A stretch of DNA of 64,000 bases from Acidobacteriota bacterium. Lineage in GTDB: Bacteria > Acidobacteriota > UBA6911 > RPQK01 > JAJDTT01. The stretch is from contig OZ253580.1 in the NCBI GenBank assembly GCA_965263035.1, forward strand, positions 5,344,001 to 5,408,000. The letters are read 5' to 3'. Below, piece after piece: positions 48,692-58,689 of the stretch (positions within the stretch are counted from its first letter, which is position 1; every line of letters begins with the position of its first letter). Below the pieces are notes generated by a model. The model did no database searches. It worked only from the letters and a program-made list of their open reading frames with translations, and was not told where the DNA came from. A program made the translations under genes and the position numbers.

Positions 48692-48850
48692 CAGCCCGTG
48701 GCAAAAGTCGCCACGGCATTCGACCGTCCCTGCATCCCGGCGGACTGCGTTGCGACTCGGTCACATACTCCCGGTATGCTCCCTCCGTTGCGCCTGGTCC
48801 GGCGGGCGCAGGAACGGTCTCGGTGCTCGCGGGACTTTCACCACGGACTG
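48692..48850 (+). repeat. 160-bp MITE-like/ERIC-like element, full copy 2
   Basis: Same termini and core as 20409-20568; lies between convergent genes. Confidence 0.9.
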
Positions 48851-48868
48851 TAAAGGGTTATGGAAGGC

Positions 48869-49264
48869 TCAACCCTTCTTGTCGAGGCTCCAGATTCCGG
48901 CGCCCTTGGCCGCGATGTACAGAAAGACAAAGGCGTAGATGGCGGCCAACTCGCCCTTGTTCTGGATCGGCCACAATCCGTGAGGCTGATGGGCCACGAA
49001 GTAGGCCACGGCCATCTGACCGCTGGAGATGAAGGCGGCCCAACTGGTCAGCAGTCCTACGGCGATCAGAAGGCCCCCCACCAACTCGACGATTCCGGCC
49101 AGGCCCATCAGGCTGATCAGAGGCGCCGCCGCACCGGATTCCCCCCCGACGCCGCCGAACAGGCCGAGGACCTTCTGAGCCCCGTGGAAGGCGAAAAGAA
49201 AGCCGGAGACGATCCGGACCAGAGCATACGTCTCATTCGAGTACTTCGACAGGATACCTTTCAT
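48869..49264 (-). CDS. DoxX family membrane protein
   Basis: RIVSG.LF..HG.QK, ELVGGLL, MAVAYF..H and GAG.WSLD. Confidence 0.9.
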   Translation of the reverse strand: MKGILSKYSNETYALVRIVSGFLFAFHGAQKVLGLFGGVGGESGAAAPLISLMGLAGIVELVGGLLIAVGLLTSWAAFISSGQMAVAYFVAHQPHGLWPIQNKGELAAIYAFVFLYIAAKGAGIWSLDKKG

Positions 49265-49456
49265 AACTCCCCCGTTAATTAGGACAAATTAGTGTAACCA
49301 GATGACGGCTTCGGCACCCGGCGCCGATCAAGGTCGAATCATACCAAATCGGGGAAATGAGGTAATAGCAGTCAGAAGAGAGCGCGGGACAGAAACGGAC
49401 CTCGGGCGGGGGACCGCAATGACCGGGGGGTGGGCGACACCGGGTTCCTCAAGCCT

Positions 49457-49486
49457 GAATGCCGTGGCGACTTTTTCCGTGGACTG
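49457..49486 (-). repeat. Short terminal remnant of the MITE-like repeat
   Basis: Reverse complement CAGTCCACGGAAAAAGTCGCCACGGCATTC. Confidence 0.65.
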
Positions 49487-49563
49487 TTATAGTGCGCGCC
49501 CTATCGGGGGGCCGGATGGAAGCCGCTCGTTGAGGCCCTCTGGTTGACGGGGCCGGAAAGGAC

Positions 49564-50346
49564 GTGATGTTGGAGAATCGGGTCAAGAGACTGCTGGCAG
49601 AGGGCAAGGCGGCTTGGGGGTCGGCCCTCTCGGACGCTTCCGAGTTGATGGCGAAGGCAACCCTCAATCAAGGCATCGACTTCCTCTGGATCGACACGGA
49701 ACATCGACCCTTCGGGATCAACGAGGTCCAGTTGGTGCCCATGATCTGCCGGCTCGAGGGCCGGGACGCCCTGTTGCGGGTCCCCAATCTGGATCCGGGC
49801 CTCATCAAGAAGGGCTTGGACATGGGCTGCAGCTGCATCATGGTGCCGCAGGTGGACAATGCGGAGCAGGCCCGGCTGGCCGTGCAGTATTGCAAGTATC
49901 CCCCCGAGGGGAATCGGGGAGTGGGTCCGGTCTGGCCGATGCTGTTGGATGTGGATATCAACGACTATCTGGAGTCGGCCAACCGGGAGACCTGCGTCGT
50001 CGTTCAGGTGGAGACGGCGGAGGGCTTGGCCAACCTGGAGCGGATCGCCGAGGTCGAGGGGGTGGACGTGGTTTTCGCCGGCCCCGCCGACATTTCGGCA
50101 TCGTTGGGTCATCTGGGCAACATCGGTCATCCCGAAGTTCAGAAATGCCTGGAGAGCTTTCCTGCCCGCGCAGCCGCCTGCGGCAAGCCCAGCGGCATCA
50201 CGTTCAGCGACTTCGACGCCTGTTGGAGAGCGTACGAACAGGGTTACCGCTTCATCAACGCCGGCAACCTCATGCACTTCGGCCAGGTCGCCATGAGAAA
50301 GTGCCTGAACAGACTGCGGGAACTGGAACGCTCCGCCTCCAGCTGA
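49564..50346 (+). CDS. HpcH/HpaI aldolase family
   Basis: WIDTEH, LDMG...IMVP, YPPEGNRG, QVET and GPAD. Confidence 0.9.
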   Translation: MMLENRVKRLLAEGKAAWGSALSDASELMAKATLNQGIDFLWIDTEHRPFGINEVQLVPMICRLEGRDALLRVPNLDPGLIKKGLDMGCSCIMVPQVDNAEQARLAVQYCKYPPEGNRGVGPVWPMLLDVDINDYLESANRETCVVVQVETAEGLANLERIAEVEGVDVVFAGPADISASLGHLGNIGHPEVQKCLESFPARAAACGKPSGITFSDFDACWRAYEQGYRFINAGNLMHFGQVAMRKCLNRLRELERSASS

Positions 50347-50367
50347 ACCCCACGGTTCCGGAATCCT

Positions 50368-51450
50368 CTACCAAGTCCGGGTGGTTGGCGCAGGGCTGGT
50401 TTCGGTCCCAGTCTGCGGATGAGAATCGGCAAATGCGGGCGCCTCGGACACTTCGACAGTTCGTCCGGACTGGGTCGCTGAATCGAAGAACCCCTGTTGC
50501 AACCCGCGGTCCAAGACGGGCAGTCCGATCGCCAGCACGACGCTGACCGCCAGCCCGATGGCCGCCTTCCCCACGTCCTTGCCGGCGAGAAGGATCGATT
50601 CGGAAATCGTGCGGTGTTTGAGCCGGAAGGCCAATGCCAGCTCGCGGCCCGCCAACAATCCCAGAAAGACCCACGTCGTGCTCATGGGGATATTGGACAT
50701 CTCCTTGAAATACAGGAGGATGGACGCATAGATGAAATCGATGAGGGTGGCCACGCGGATATCGGTGGTATTGGTCTTGGAGGTGACGATCCCCTGAATC
50801 CGGCCCCCCCGATTCTTGAAGATTATGGCGTGCAGCACCACCATCACGATTGCGGCAAAAACAAGGATCTCGATATCTGCCGTGCGCGGCAGATAGACGA
50901 AGATATTGGCCAGGTCCTGGATCAGCCACTGGCTCCACAAAAAAGCGGTCGCGGCCCACTGCAAGGCGACGAAGTAGGGTCTGGGTGGACGGTCTTTCGT
51001 CGCCATGAAACGGGACTCGAGGAGGTTGGCGACGATCAGGTAGATGACGAAACCGACTCCGATGGCAACCCCGTAACCGAGCAGAGATTTCGTCAGAATC
51101 TTCAGCAGGTTCGTAGGAGCGAACACCGTGAGCACGAGAAACGTGGTGCTGACCGGCACTCCGAATCGGGTGAGCAACAGGATGAATACGGGAGGAATGG
51201 CATGTAGCCACGTGATGCCGCCCACAGGCACGGGGAACTGCTCGAGGCGCCCGTAGGCGATGTCGCCGTCGTTCGCCAACCATCCGTACACCAGAACCGC
51301 CAGGAGAATCAGGCAGGCGTAGATCCACAACACCCACCAGGGACGGCGAGAGTTGGAACTGAGAAACGTCCCCAGGGTCTGGATGGCGTCGTTGGCCACG
51401 ATGGAATAGGCCGCCAGGACAAACCCGACGAGCATGAACAGTTCCGTCAA
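50368..51450 (-). CDS. Conserved membrane protein, PiT/PHO4-like transporter
   Basis: ANDAIQTLGTF, GVPVSTT, QDLAN and IPMSTT repeat signatures. AAGGAG precedes TTG at 51450. Confidence 0.65.
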   Translation of the reverse strand: MTELFMLVGFVLAAYSIVANDAIQTLGTFLSSNSRRPWWVLWIYACLILLAVLVYGWLANDGDIAYGRLEQFPVPVGGITWLHAIPPVFILLLTRFGVPVSTTFLVLTVFAPTNLLKILTKSLLGYGVAIGVGFVIYLIVANLLESRFMATKDRPPRPYFVALQWAATAFLWSQWLIQDLANIFVYLPRTADIEILVFAAIVMVVLHAIIFKNRGGRIQGIVTSKTNTTDIRVATLIDFIYASILLYFKEMSNIPMSTTWVFLGLLAGRELALAFRLKHRTISESILLAGKDVGKAAIGLAVSVVLAIGLPVLDRGLQQGFFDSATQSGRTVEVSEAPAFADSHPQTGTETSPAPTTRTW

Positions 51451-51677
51451 AAGAAACGCTCCTTTCCCCGCCTTCCGGTTTCTCCATCGAGGGCCATTCT
51501 TTCGTTCATCATCGGGTCCACAGCACCGATAGTAGCGGAGACTCACCCAAGAATTCACCGGGGGGCGCACCCGTGGACCTGGCAAAACGATCCCCAACGA
51601 ATGGATGCCGGTGATTCGCCGGTTGAGTATGCGCGTTTCGGTGTGTCAGTCTGAGATTTTCCTGGAGGAGACCGGAA

Positions 51678-52790
51678 GTGCCTGAAACAGTCGTACTCTG
51701 GGGGCCGCCGGACCTGGACGGATCCCCCGAAGGGACCGAGGACAGCCGTCTGTTGTCGGGATGGATGAAGAAATGCGCCAATGCCGGCGTCACCAAGATC
51801 ATCGACGGCAGCGCCAGGGTCCTGCCGGCAGGCGAGCGGACGTTGGCGCGTCCCCGGGCCGCGCACCAGGCCGGAATGGAGTTCGATACCTATGTCGACT
51901 ACAACGGCTTTCCCCGGCACGGTAGCGCGCGGATGACGTACGGGTGGTCCCTCGACTTTCTGCGGCCGCCCGTGACTTCGGTTCAGGCTCGAGAGCTTCT
52001 CGACCGGCACCGGCCCGTCTATCACGGCCCCTATGTCACCACCGAGATGTCCGATTTCGCAGTCCGGCATCCGGAATTCCGGAGTCTGACCCGCAGCCGG
52101 TCCTATGTGCTCGAGCCCGGGCAGGATCTCTACCTGAGCGCCGCTTTTCCCGAGGTGCGGGATCACCAGGCGCATCTGTTCGTCGAGGCTCTGGAGGTGA
52201 CCCGCGCCGACGGGCTTCAGGTCGAGTTCGTGTTGGGGAACGAAGATGAGAACGGTGTCGTCCCCTACGGCTACGAGGACCGGACCGTATCCGAGTTTCG
52301 CGCCAAGTTCGGCAAGGATCCGTTCGACTTGCCCAACAACGGCCCGGAATGGATGCAGTTCCGCGCCGGCTACGTCACATTGTTCCTCTCGGAAGTCCGG
52401 GCGAGGATCAAAGGGTCCTCACCCCAGGCGGTTCTTTCGACCACCATCATCGCCGGCGAGCCGGAGGACTACATCAAGGTGTTGCAGGACTGGCCGGCGT
52501 GGATCGAGAGGGGTCTTCTGGATGAATTCTACCTCTGGTTCAGGACCGACTCGGATCTGAAGGCGGTGGAGCGGCAGGTCAAGCACGCCGTGGAGGTGGC
52601 AGCCGGCCGCGTTCCCGTGATCGTCGAGCTCTCGTGCTATCACCCGGGGAGCTTTCAGGATCCGGACACCATGTTGACTGCCGGCAAGATCGCCGTCGGC
52701 AACGGAGCTTCGGGGATCGGCATCTACCGGAGCCATGCCGTCCAGCAACTGAACTTCTGGCCGGTCCTGGAAGCCTTGAGCAAGATCTGA
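51678..52790 (+). CDS. Glycoside hydrolase-like TIM barrel (GHL10/DUF187-like)
   Basis: HPE, PEVR, DGLQ.E, W.QFR and QDW..W..GLLD. Confidence 0.65.
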   Translation: MPETVVLWGPPDLDGSPEGTEDSRLLSGWMKKCANAGVTKIIDGSARVLPAGERTLARPRAAHQAGMEFDTYVDYNGFPRHGSARMTYGWSLDFLRPPVTSVQARELLDRHRPVYHGPYVTTEMSDFAVRHPEFRSLTRSRSYVLEPGQDLYLSAAFPEVRDHQAHLFVEALEVTRADGLQVEFVLGNEDENGVVPYGYEDRTVSEFRAKFGKDPFDLPNNGPEWMQFRAGYVTLFLSEVRARIKGSSPQAVLSTTIIAGEPEDYIKVLQDWPAWIERGLLDEFYLWFRTDSDLKAVERQVKHAVEVAAGRVPVIVELSCYHPGSFQDPDTMLTAGKIAVGNGASGIGIYRSHAVQQLNFWPVLEALSKI

Positions 52791-52791
52791 A

Positions 52792-54402
52792 ATGGGGAGA
52801 CATCGACCGGGGCCCCGGCATTTCAGGCGCGCGGCGGGTCCGGAACCGTTCCTCCGGAGTCCCTTTGGGCGGTTCGGCGTCCGGGTCCGGACCCGCCGGC
52901 TCTTCGGTCCCCTGGTATCGCTTTTCCTGGTCTTTGTTTCTCTCCTCGGGGAAGGGAACCATCCTGTCGAGCTGGGCACCCGGCGCGAATTGATGCTGGA
53001 CGACACCCTGTTCGAGACGATCCGAGACCTGGAGTTCCGTCAGCACTCCCCCCGCGACGCCGAAAAGATCCTGGATCTGGATGCTCCATGGGAGGGCCGG
53101 AAATACCATGGGTTCACCGTCTGCGGTTACCCGGTGGTGTTGGAGGACGGGGGCGGATTTCGTCTCTATTACGCCTCCTACCTGGGACTGCGTTTCGAAC
53201 CCAGGGACCCCGAGACTCAGTTCACCTGCTACGCCGAGAGCAACGACGGCGTGACCTGGAGTCGGGTCCGCCTGGGCCGGGTTGAATTCGAGGGATCGAC
53301 CGACAACAACATACTGCTCAAGGGGAAGACCTCACATAATTTCGCTCCCTTCATTGACGCGCGCCCTGGTACGCCGGCATCGGAACGATACAAGGCCGTC
53401 GGGGGAAACTCGCAGGCCTATGTCTTCGCCTCCGCCGATGGACTCGAATGGCGCAAGCTCAAGGAGGAGCCCGTCCTGAATGGTGAGGAGCCGGCCTTCG
53501 ACCGCCATGGAGCGATCCGTTGGGGAATGGATCCAAGCCGCAGGAGGGCGATCCTGGATTCTCTCAACGTCAGCTTCTGGGATCCGGCGAACCGCCGGTA
53601 TGTCCTGTTCTTTCGGGCCTATCTGCCCTGTTGGTCCCGGGATGGAAGGCGCCGGCTTCCCGAGACCCGATCGGTGATGCGCGCCACTTCACGGGACTTC
53701 CTGAAATGGGAGAACATCGAGCCCATCGAGTATGGGGAGCCGCGTCGAGAATGGCGGCACTCCCTCTACACCAGCGGCCTGAAACCATACCATCGGGCGC
53801 CCCACCTGATACTTGGGTTCCCGCTGCGTACGGCTCCCCGGAAGCCCTTCCACGGCACCTCCTACGGTCTGAGCGAGACGGCCTTCATGTACAGTCGGGA
53901 CACGCGAAACTTCGTCCTGGTGGACGAGCCTTTCCTGCGCCCGGGGCGCGATCCCGGGAACTGGAGCAAACACGGGAACCTCATGGCTTGGGGCATGCTG
54001 CAGACGGCGCCCGACGAGCTCTCCTTCTACTACCTGCAGCACGACCATCAGCCGGACACCTTCATTCGGCGGGGTGTGCTCCGGCTCGACGGCTTCCGGT
54101 CCCTTCACGGCGGCGGCTATCCGGGCGGGACGGCGATCACTCGTCCTCTCGTCTTCCAGGGAACCCGGTTGGAGATCAATGCCGCCACCGGAGCCGGAGG
54201 CGGTATCCGGATCGCCGTTCTGGATGCGGCCACGAAGCGGCCGGTCGCCGGGTACGAGTCCAGCAAGGAGTTTTTTGGCGACGAGGTTCAGCACTTCGTC
54301 GAGTTCGGCGACGGCAGGAATCTGGCGCCCCTGTCAGGAAAACCGGTCCGGCTCCGCCTCGAGATGTACGAAGCGGATCTTTACTCCTTGAAGTTTCATT
54401 GA
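52792..54402 (+). CDS. Five-bladed beta-propeller glycosidase-like protein (start probably downstream)
   Basis: YAES.DGVTW, S.DGLEW, DS.N..FWD and LRLDGF. Confidence 0.65.
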   Translation: MGRHRPGPRHFRRAAGPEPFLRSPFGRFGVRVRTRRLFGPLVSLFLVFVSLLGEGNHPVELGTRRELMLDDTLFETIRDLEFRQHSPRDAEKILDLDAPWEGRKYHGFTVCGYPVVLEDGGGFRLYYASYLGLRFEPRDPETQFTCYAESNDGVTWSRVRLGRVEFEGSTDNNILLKGKTSHNFAPFIDARPGTPASERYKAVGGNSQAYVFASADGLEWRKLKEEPVLNGEEPAFDRHGAIRWGMDPSRRRAILDSLNVSFWDPANRRYVLFFRAYLPCWSRDGRRRLPETRSVMRATSRDFLKWENIEPIEYGEPRREWRHSLYTSGLKPYHRAPHLILGFPLRTAPRKPFHGTSYGLSETAFMYSRDTRNFVLVDEPFLRPGRDPGNWSKHGNLMAWGMLQTAPDELSFYYLQHDHQPDTFIRRGVLRLDGFRSLHGGGYPGGTAITRPLVFQGTRLEINAATGAGGGIRIAVLDAATKRPVAGYESSKEFFGDEVQHFVEFGDGRNLAPLSGKPVRLRLEMYEADLYSLKFH

Positions 54403-54418
54403 GTCGCAGAGGTCAGGC

Positions 54419-56839
54419 CTATCGCTCCAGGACCATGGCCTTTCGGACCAGTTGGACGAACTCGCCTCTGTGGCCGTGAGGATCGTCTCCGGTGGAGTCC
54501 AAAGCCCAGCCCAGGACCCGTTCCAAGGTGGCGGTTCCCCGGTGGGGCGAGTCGCGCAGGATCATGCCGAAGGCAGCCACGGCGGAGGCGAACCTGAAAT
54601 CGGGGGAGGCTTCCTTGAAGCCGGCGGCGGATCCGCTGTGGGTGAACTCCAGAAGCCGGCTCTCGGCCTGATCCGGCGGCTTGGACCGGATCTTCAGCGT
54701 GAGCCACTCATCGGCATTGCCGGCTTGATTCGGTTCGGGGGGAGTCTGGTACTTGAGGGGATCGACGCCGGCGGCCGGAGATGCGCTCCCGGCGGGAACG
54801 ACCTCGTACAGGACAGTGACCTGATGGCCGGCTCCGATCTCTCCGCCATCCCGGCTGTCGTCGTTGAACTCTTCGTCGCGTAGCGCCCGGTTCTCGTACC
54901 CGATGAGACGGTAGGAATCGACCCGGGCCGGATTGAATTCGATCTGGATCTTGGCGTCCTTGGCGACGGTGACCAGGGTGGCTCCTATTTCCCGGACCAG
55001 CACTTTCCGTGCTTCCTCCAAGCTGTCGAGATAGGAGAAGTTGCCGTTTCCCCGGTTGGCCAGGGACTCGAGGACGGCGTCCTTGTAGTTGCCCATTCCG
55101 AGACCCAGCACACTCAGGAAGATTCCGCTTCGAGACTGCTTCCGGATCAATCGGATCAGGCTGCCCTCATCCGTCATGCCCAGGTTGAAGTCCCCGTCCG
55201 TCGCCAGGATCACCCGGTTGGTGCCGCCGGGGATGAAGTGGGCTGCGGCGGTGGCGTAAGCGTCGCGGATACCGGCCTCCCCGTTGGTGGGACCGCCGGC
55301 CATGATCTGCTCCAGGGCCCGGAATATCTCCTCTTTCCGATCACACGGCGTCGAGGGAAGGACCACCACGGACTCTCCGGCGTAGGTGATGAAGGCGACC
55401 CGGTCCTTTTCTCCCAAGTGTTTGATCAGGAGCCTCATGGCCCGTTTCAAAAGGGGCAGTTTGTTGGCGGGCCGCATCGACCCGGAGACGTCCAGGAGGA
55501 ACACGAGATTGCTGGGAGGCCGCTGCCCGGGATCGATTTCCTTGGTTTGGATCCCGATGCGCAGCAGCAGATGTTCCTGCTTCCAGGGAGCCTGGGCCAG
55601 TTCCATGAGGGCGGAGACGGGATTCTCTCCGCTGGGCGCGTCGTAGGCGTAAGAGAAATAGTTGACCATCTCCTCGATGCGGACGGCATCCCTCGGAGGA
55701 AGCGAGCCCTGGCGGAGAAAACGGCGGAGGTTGGCGTAGGATGCCGTATCCACGTCGATTCCGAAGGTGGAAAGGGGGGCCCGGCTCACCTTTTGGAACG
55801 GGTTCTCCTCCTGATAGCGGTAGTCCTCGGTGCTGGACCGGCTGGGGACGGGTGCCGGTGCGGCCGGCAACTCGTCGAGGCTGGCGCGAACTTCCACCGA
55901 TGGAGAAAAGGGAATCGACGGCGCCATTCGCGATCTTTCCCGGAGAGAGAATCGCCTCTCAACGATTCCCTCGGGGAGCCCGCCGGGATTGATGATCCTC
56001 AGTCCCGGGATTTCCCCGGGTTCGATGATCCTTGAGCCCGGGATCTCCCCGGGCTCTATTACCCTTCCTCCCGCGGTGGAGACCAGGGAAGGGCCGGAAT
56101 TGGAACTGTCGGCCACGGGCTCCGAAACCGGAGCGGTCTCGGTCAGGGGGGCGAGACCCCGCTCGGAGCGCGACGAACGAAGGAGTTCCTCTTCGTTCGA
56201 CTGGACGGGGTCCGACGGCGAAGTGGTCGGCCGATCAGCCGCCTCGGAAGGGACTGGGAGCGAGGACCCGGAGGTATCCTTGTCGACAGGAGGCGCCGGA
56301 GACACATCCTGCTGGAGCGTGCGAACACTTTGGATCCGTCCTGGCGGGGGAGTGATGGCATCAGGAGCGGGGCTGGTCGTGTCGTAGGCTTTCTTCGTGA
56401 GTCCTCGCATTTCAGCCGGGGCTTCGCCGACGGTAGATTTCGGCCGCTGGAGAAGGGCAGAGAGAGGTGACTCTTCCGTCTCCTGAAGGAAGAAGATCGC
56501 AGTGGAAACAACAACGGTTGCCGCGGCGGCCGTCGCCAAGCCCACGGGAAACCACCAGGACGGGTTCCGAGGAGGACCCGATCGCCGCAGGTTCCACCAG
56601 CGTGGCTGCTTGCCAAGATTGGCCAGTTGGTGGGGACTGAGGGAGGGAACAGGTTCCTGCTCCAACTCGAACCGGATCAGCTCCGCTGTTGCTCGCAGCG
56701 ATTCCACTTCCCGTCTGAGTTCGGGAGACCCTCGCAACAGGGTCTCCACCGCCTCGATTTCCTTGGCGTCGGTGAGTTCCCCCAGGGCATAGGCCGTCAG
56801 TCTGGGATCTTGGGCCGGGTCTTGGAAATCTGATTTCAT
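54419..56839 (-). CDS. Anti-sigma-like N-terminus + TM + YfbK-type VWA/DUF3520 protein
   Basis: LTAYALGEL, TM helix, STFGIDVDTASY, VRIEEMVNYF, DVSGSM MIDAS and YRLIGYENR. ATG overlaps the sigma-factor stop. Confidence 0.85.
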   Translation of the reverse strand: MKSDFQDPAQDPRLTAYALGELTDAKEIEAVETLLRGSPELRREVESLRATAELIRFELEQEPVPSLSPHQLANLGKQPRWWNLRRSGPPRNPSWWFPVGLATAAAATVVVSTAIFFLQETEESPLSALLQRPKSTVGEAPAEMRGLTKKAYDTTSPAPDAITPPPGRIQSVRTLQQDVSPAPPVDKDTSGSSLPVPSEAADRPTTSPSDPVQSNEEELLRSSRSERGLAPLTETAPVSEPVADSSNSGPSLVSTAGGRVIEPGEIPGSRIIEPGEIPGLRIINPGGLPEGIVERRFSLRERSRMAPSIPFSPSVEVRASLDELPAAPAPVPSRSSTEDYRYQEENPFQKVSRAPLSTFGIDVDTASYANLRRFLRQGSLPPRDAVRIEEMVNYFSYAYDAPSGENPVSALMELAQAPWKQEHLLLRIGIQTKEIDPGQRPPSNLVFLLDVSGSMRPANKLPLLKRAMRLLIKHLGEKDRVAFITYAGESVVVLPSTPCDRKEEIFRALEQIMAGGPTNGEAGIRDAYATAAAHFIPGGTNRVILATDGDFNLGMTDEGSLIRLIRKQSRSGIFLSVLGLGMGNYKDAVLESLANRGNGNFSYLDSLEEARKVLVREIGATLVTVAKDAKIQIEFNPARVDSYRLIGYENRALRDEEFNDDSRDGGEIGAGHQVTVLYEVVPAGSASPAAGVDPLKYQTPPEPNQAGNADEWLTLKIRSKPPDQAESRLLEFTHSGSAAGFKEASPDFRFASAVAAFGMILRDSPHRGTATLERVLGWALDSTGDDPHGHRGEFVQLVRKAMVLER
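55983..56066 (-). repeat. ~2.5 copies of a 33-bp in-frame repeat (R(I/V)I(E/N)PG(E/G)(I/L)PG)
   Basis: Protein reads RVIEPGEIPGS RIIEPGEIPGL RIINPGGLP. Confidence 0.8.
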
Positions 56840-57408
56840 CGGATCGTCCTCGATGCGGCGGCGGCCGGCTCGGAGTGCCTCTCCAGCTCGGCGCGCACCT
56901 TTTTCACAGCGGTATGAATGAGATAACCGACGTTGCTCACCGAGATGCCGACGGTGGCGGCGATCTCCCGGTAGCTGAGTCCGTTTTGAAACTTCAGCCG
57001 CAACACCTCCTGCTCCCGGGGGGACAGGCATTCCAATGCCAGGAGAACACGGCTCATGGTCTCCCGGCGCTCCAGCAGTGTCGCGGGCCCGGGCGCGGTG
57101 CTGGCCGGTTCCAGGTTCCCGGTCCCCGTCATCCGGTTCATCCGGTTCATCCGGTTTTCCTTGCGTAGCAGGTCCAGTGCCCGGTTCCGGCATACCGTGA
57201 AGAGCCACTGGGCCAAGTGTCCTTCGACCCGTTGCTTCTTCTGTTTCCAGAGGCGCAGAAAAGTGTCCTGGACCACGTCCCGGGCGAGGTCCAGATCACC
57301 GGTGAGGTGCGTGGCGTAACGGACCAACGGACCCTGATAGGCGTCGAGAACGGATCGCATCCAATCGGCCTCCTCCAGCGTTCGAGAATTGGTCCCGGAA
57401 TTGGTCAT
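56836..57408 (-). CDS. ECF sigma-70 factor
   Basis: A.DVVQDTFLRL, WLFTVCRN and LSYREIA. Confidence 0.9.
   Translation of the reverse strand: MTNSGTNSRTLEEADWMRSVLDAYQGPLVRYATHLTGDLDLARDVVQDTFLRLWKQKKQRVEGHLAQWLFTVCRNRALDLLRKENRMNRMNRMTGTGNLEPASTAPGPATLLERRETMSRVLLALECLSPREQEVLRLKFQNGLSYREIAATVGISVSNVGYLIHTAVKKVRAELERHSEPAAAASRTIR
57130..57156 (-). repeat. 3 x 9-bp tandem repeat (NRM x3) inside the sigma factor
   Basis: CATCCGGTT x3. Confidence 0.9.
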
Positions 57409-57480
57409 CCTCTATGAGGGTAACGCTCGAGTCGGGATTTTCTTAGAAAAATGCGGCGAAACGACGGCTTGCGGCGGCAA

Positions 57481-57603
57481 TCAGTGACCGGTCCGGCCCT
57501 GAAGGAGGTCCACGGCGTGGGGAAGCAGTTTGAGGACGGCGTCCAGAGATTCGACGGCGCCTTTGGGGCTGCCCGGGAGTCCGATGAGGACCAGCGTCCG
57601 GGG
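57481..57603 (-). pseudogene. MogA/MoaB C-terminal remnant
   Basis: LPGSPKGAVESLDAVL.LLPHA..LL; no N-terminal part. Confidence 0.6.
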
Positions 57604-58074
57604 CCTCATCGGTCGACCACCCTTCCTGGAAGGATCGCTGGCCGGGAACGACCCACCGGCAGAGGGTGGGATGGGCGTGCCCATCGGAAGGGCGATTTCG
57701 TGTCCACCCACCCCCGATGCCCGATGGGCACCCGCGGATCGGCATCGGCGCCGGCGGGGTTAGCCGCGGAGGAAGGGCCGGAGAAGGCGGGCGTCTCCGT
57801 CCAGTTGCCGAGGTTTGTCTGCGCGCTCCATCTCCCTGCGCGTTTGTACGGCGGCAACGATCTCGACGGACCGGCTGCGGTCCCCAAGTGCTTCCCGGAG
57901 TCCCCAGTGAGCATGGCCGCACGAGCGGAGCGCGGTCGAGGCCGCGCGGAAACGGGTCGGCGGGTTCGTTCTCTGTTCGATCGGTTGTTCAGTCATCACT
58001 CTGCTCCTCCTCGTTCTCCTCGTTGGAGACGAAAGCCTGCGGCCCCGCCTGCGCCGGGACGAGTCCCGAGTGCC

Positions 58075-58197
58075 GCCCGCCTGCGGTCCGCAATCAAGAG
58101 GCTCCGCCGCAAACTCGGCGATCACGCCGCCGGACCCGCCTACATCTTTAACCAGCACGGTGTCGATTACCGTGTCCCGGAGCAGGAGGAGAGATAG
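58075..58197 (+). pseudogene. KdpE/OmpR winged-helix C-terminal remnant
   Basis: LRSAIKRLRRKLGD.AA.PAYI....GVDYR. Confidence 0.65.
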
Positions 58198-58350
58198 GAG
58201 ACCACCCGGTTACGATAGGCGGGATGAGGCGTCGCATCGAAGAGCAATCATTGCTTCTGGTTGGAGTTGCCCGCTATGACGGACATCTTTCCATTTGGGC
58301 TAACAAGGGAGGTGAATCATGGCGGAGAGCAGAGGCGGTATCCGCCCGAG

Positions 58351-58570
58351 TAGAACCTGTCTCAAAACCCCCGTTGACCTTGTGCTAAGCGACGGCAGGG
58401 CTTAAATATAGAATGTTTTGAAGCTCACGGATGTACAGTGGAACCGGATCCGCCATCTCTTCCCGGAGGAACACCGGCCGAAGCGGCAGCGTAGGCGTCC
58501 TCCGGTGCCTGCCCGGCGGGTCCTTGAAGCCGCCCTATGGATACTGAAGACCGGGACGCAGTGGCGGATT
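58351..58570 (+). mobile_element. IS5-family transposase remnant (left end + N-terminus)
   Basis: LTD.QW.RI...P...RR.P...R.V..A..WIL.TG.QWR, then homology is lost. End-like TAGAACCTGTCTCAAAA at 58351. Confidence 0.7.
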
Positions 58571-58689
58571 CGGATTCGTCCAGTTCGCGGCTCTACGCCT
58601 GTTGCTAAAGCCGCTTTATTATTTAGATAGGTGCTAGCCAGCAAGCTCTGTCCCACCCATTTTCTGCCCCTCCTCAACCCAACGACTCA

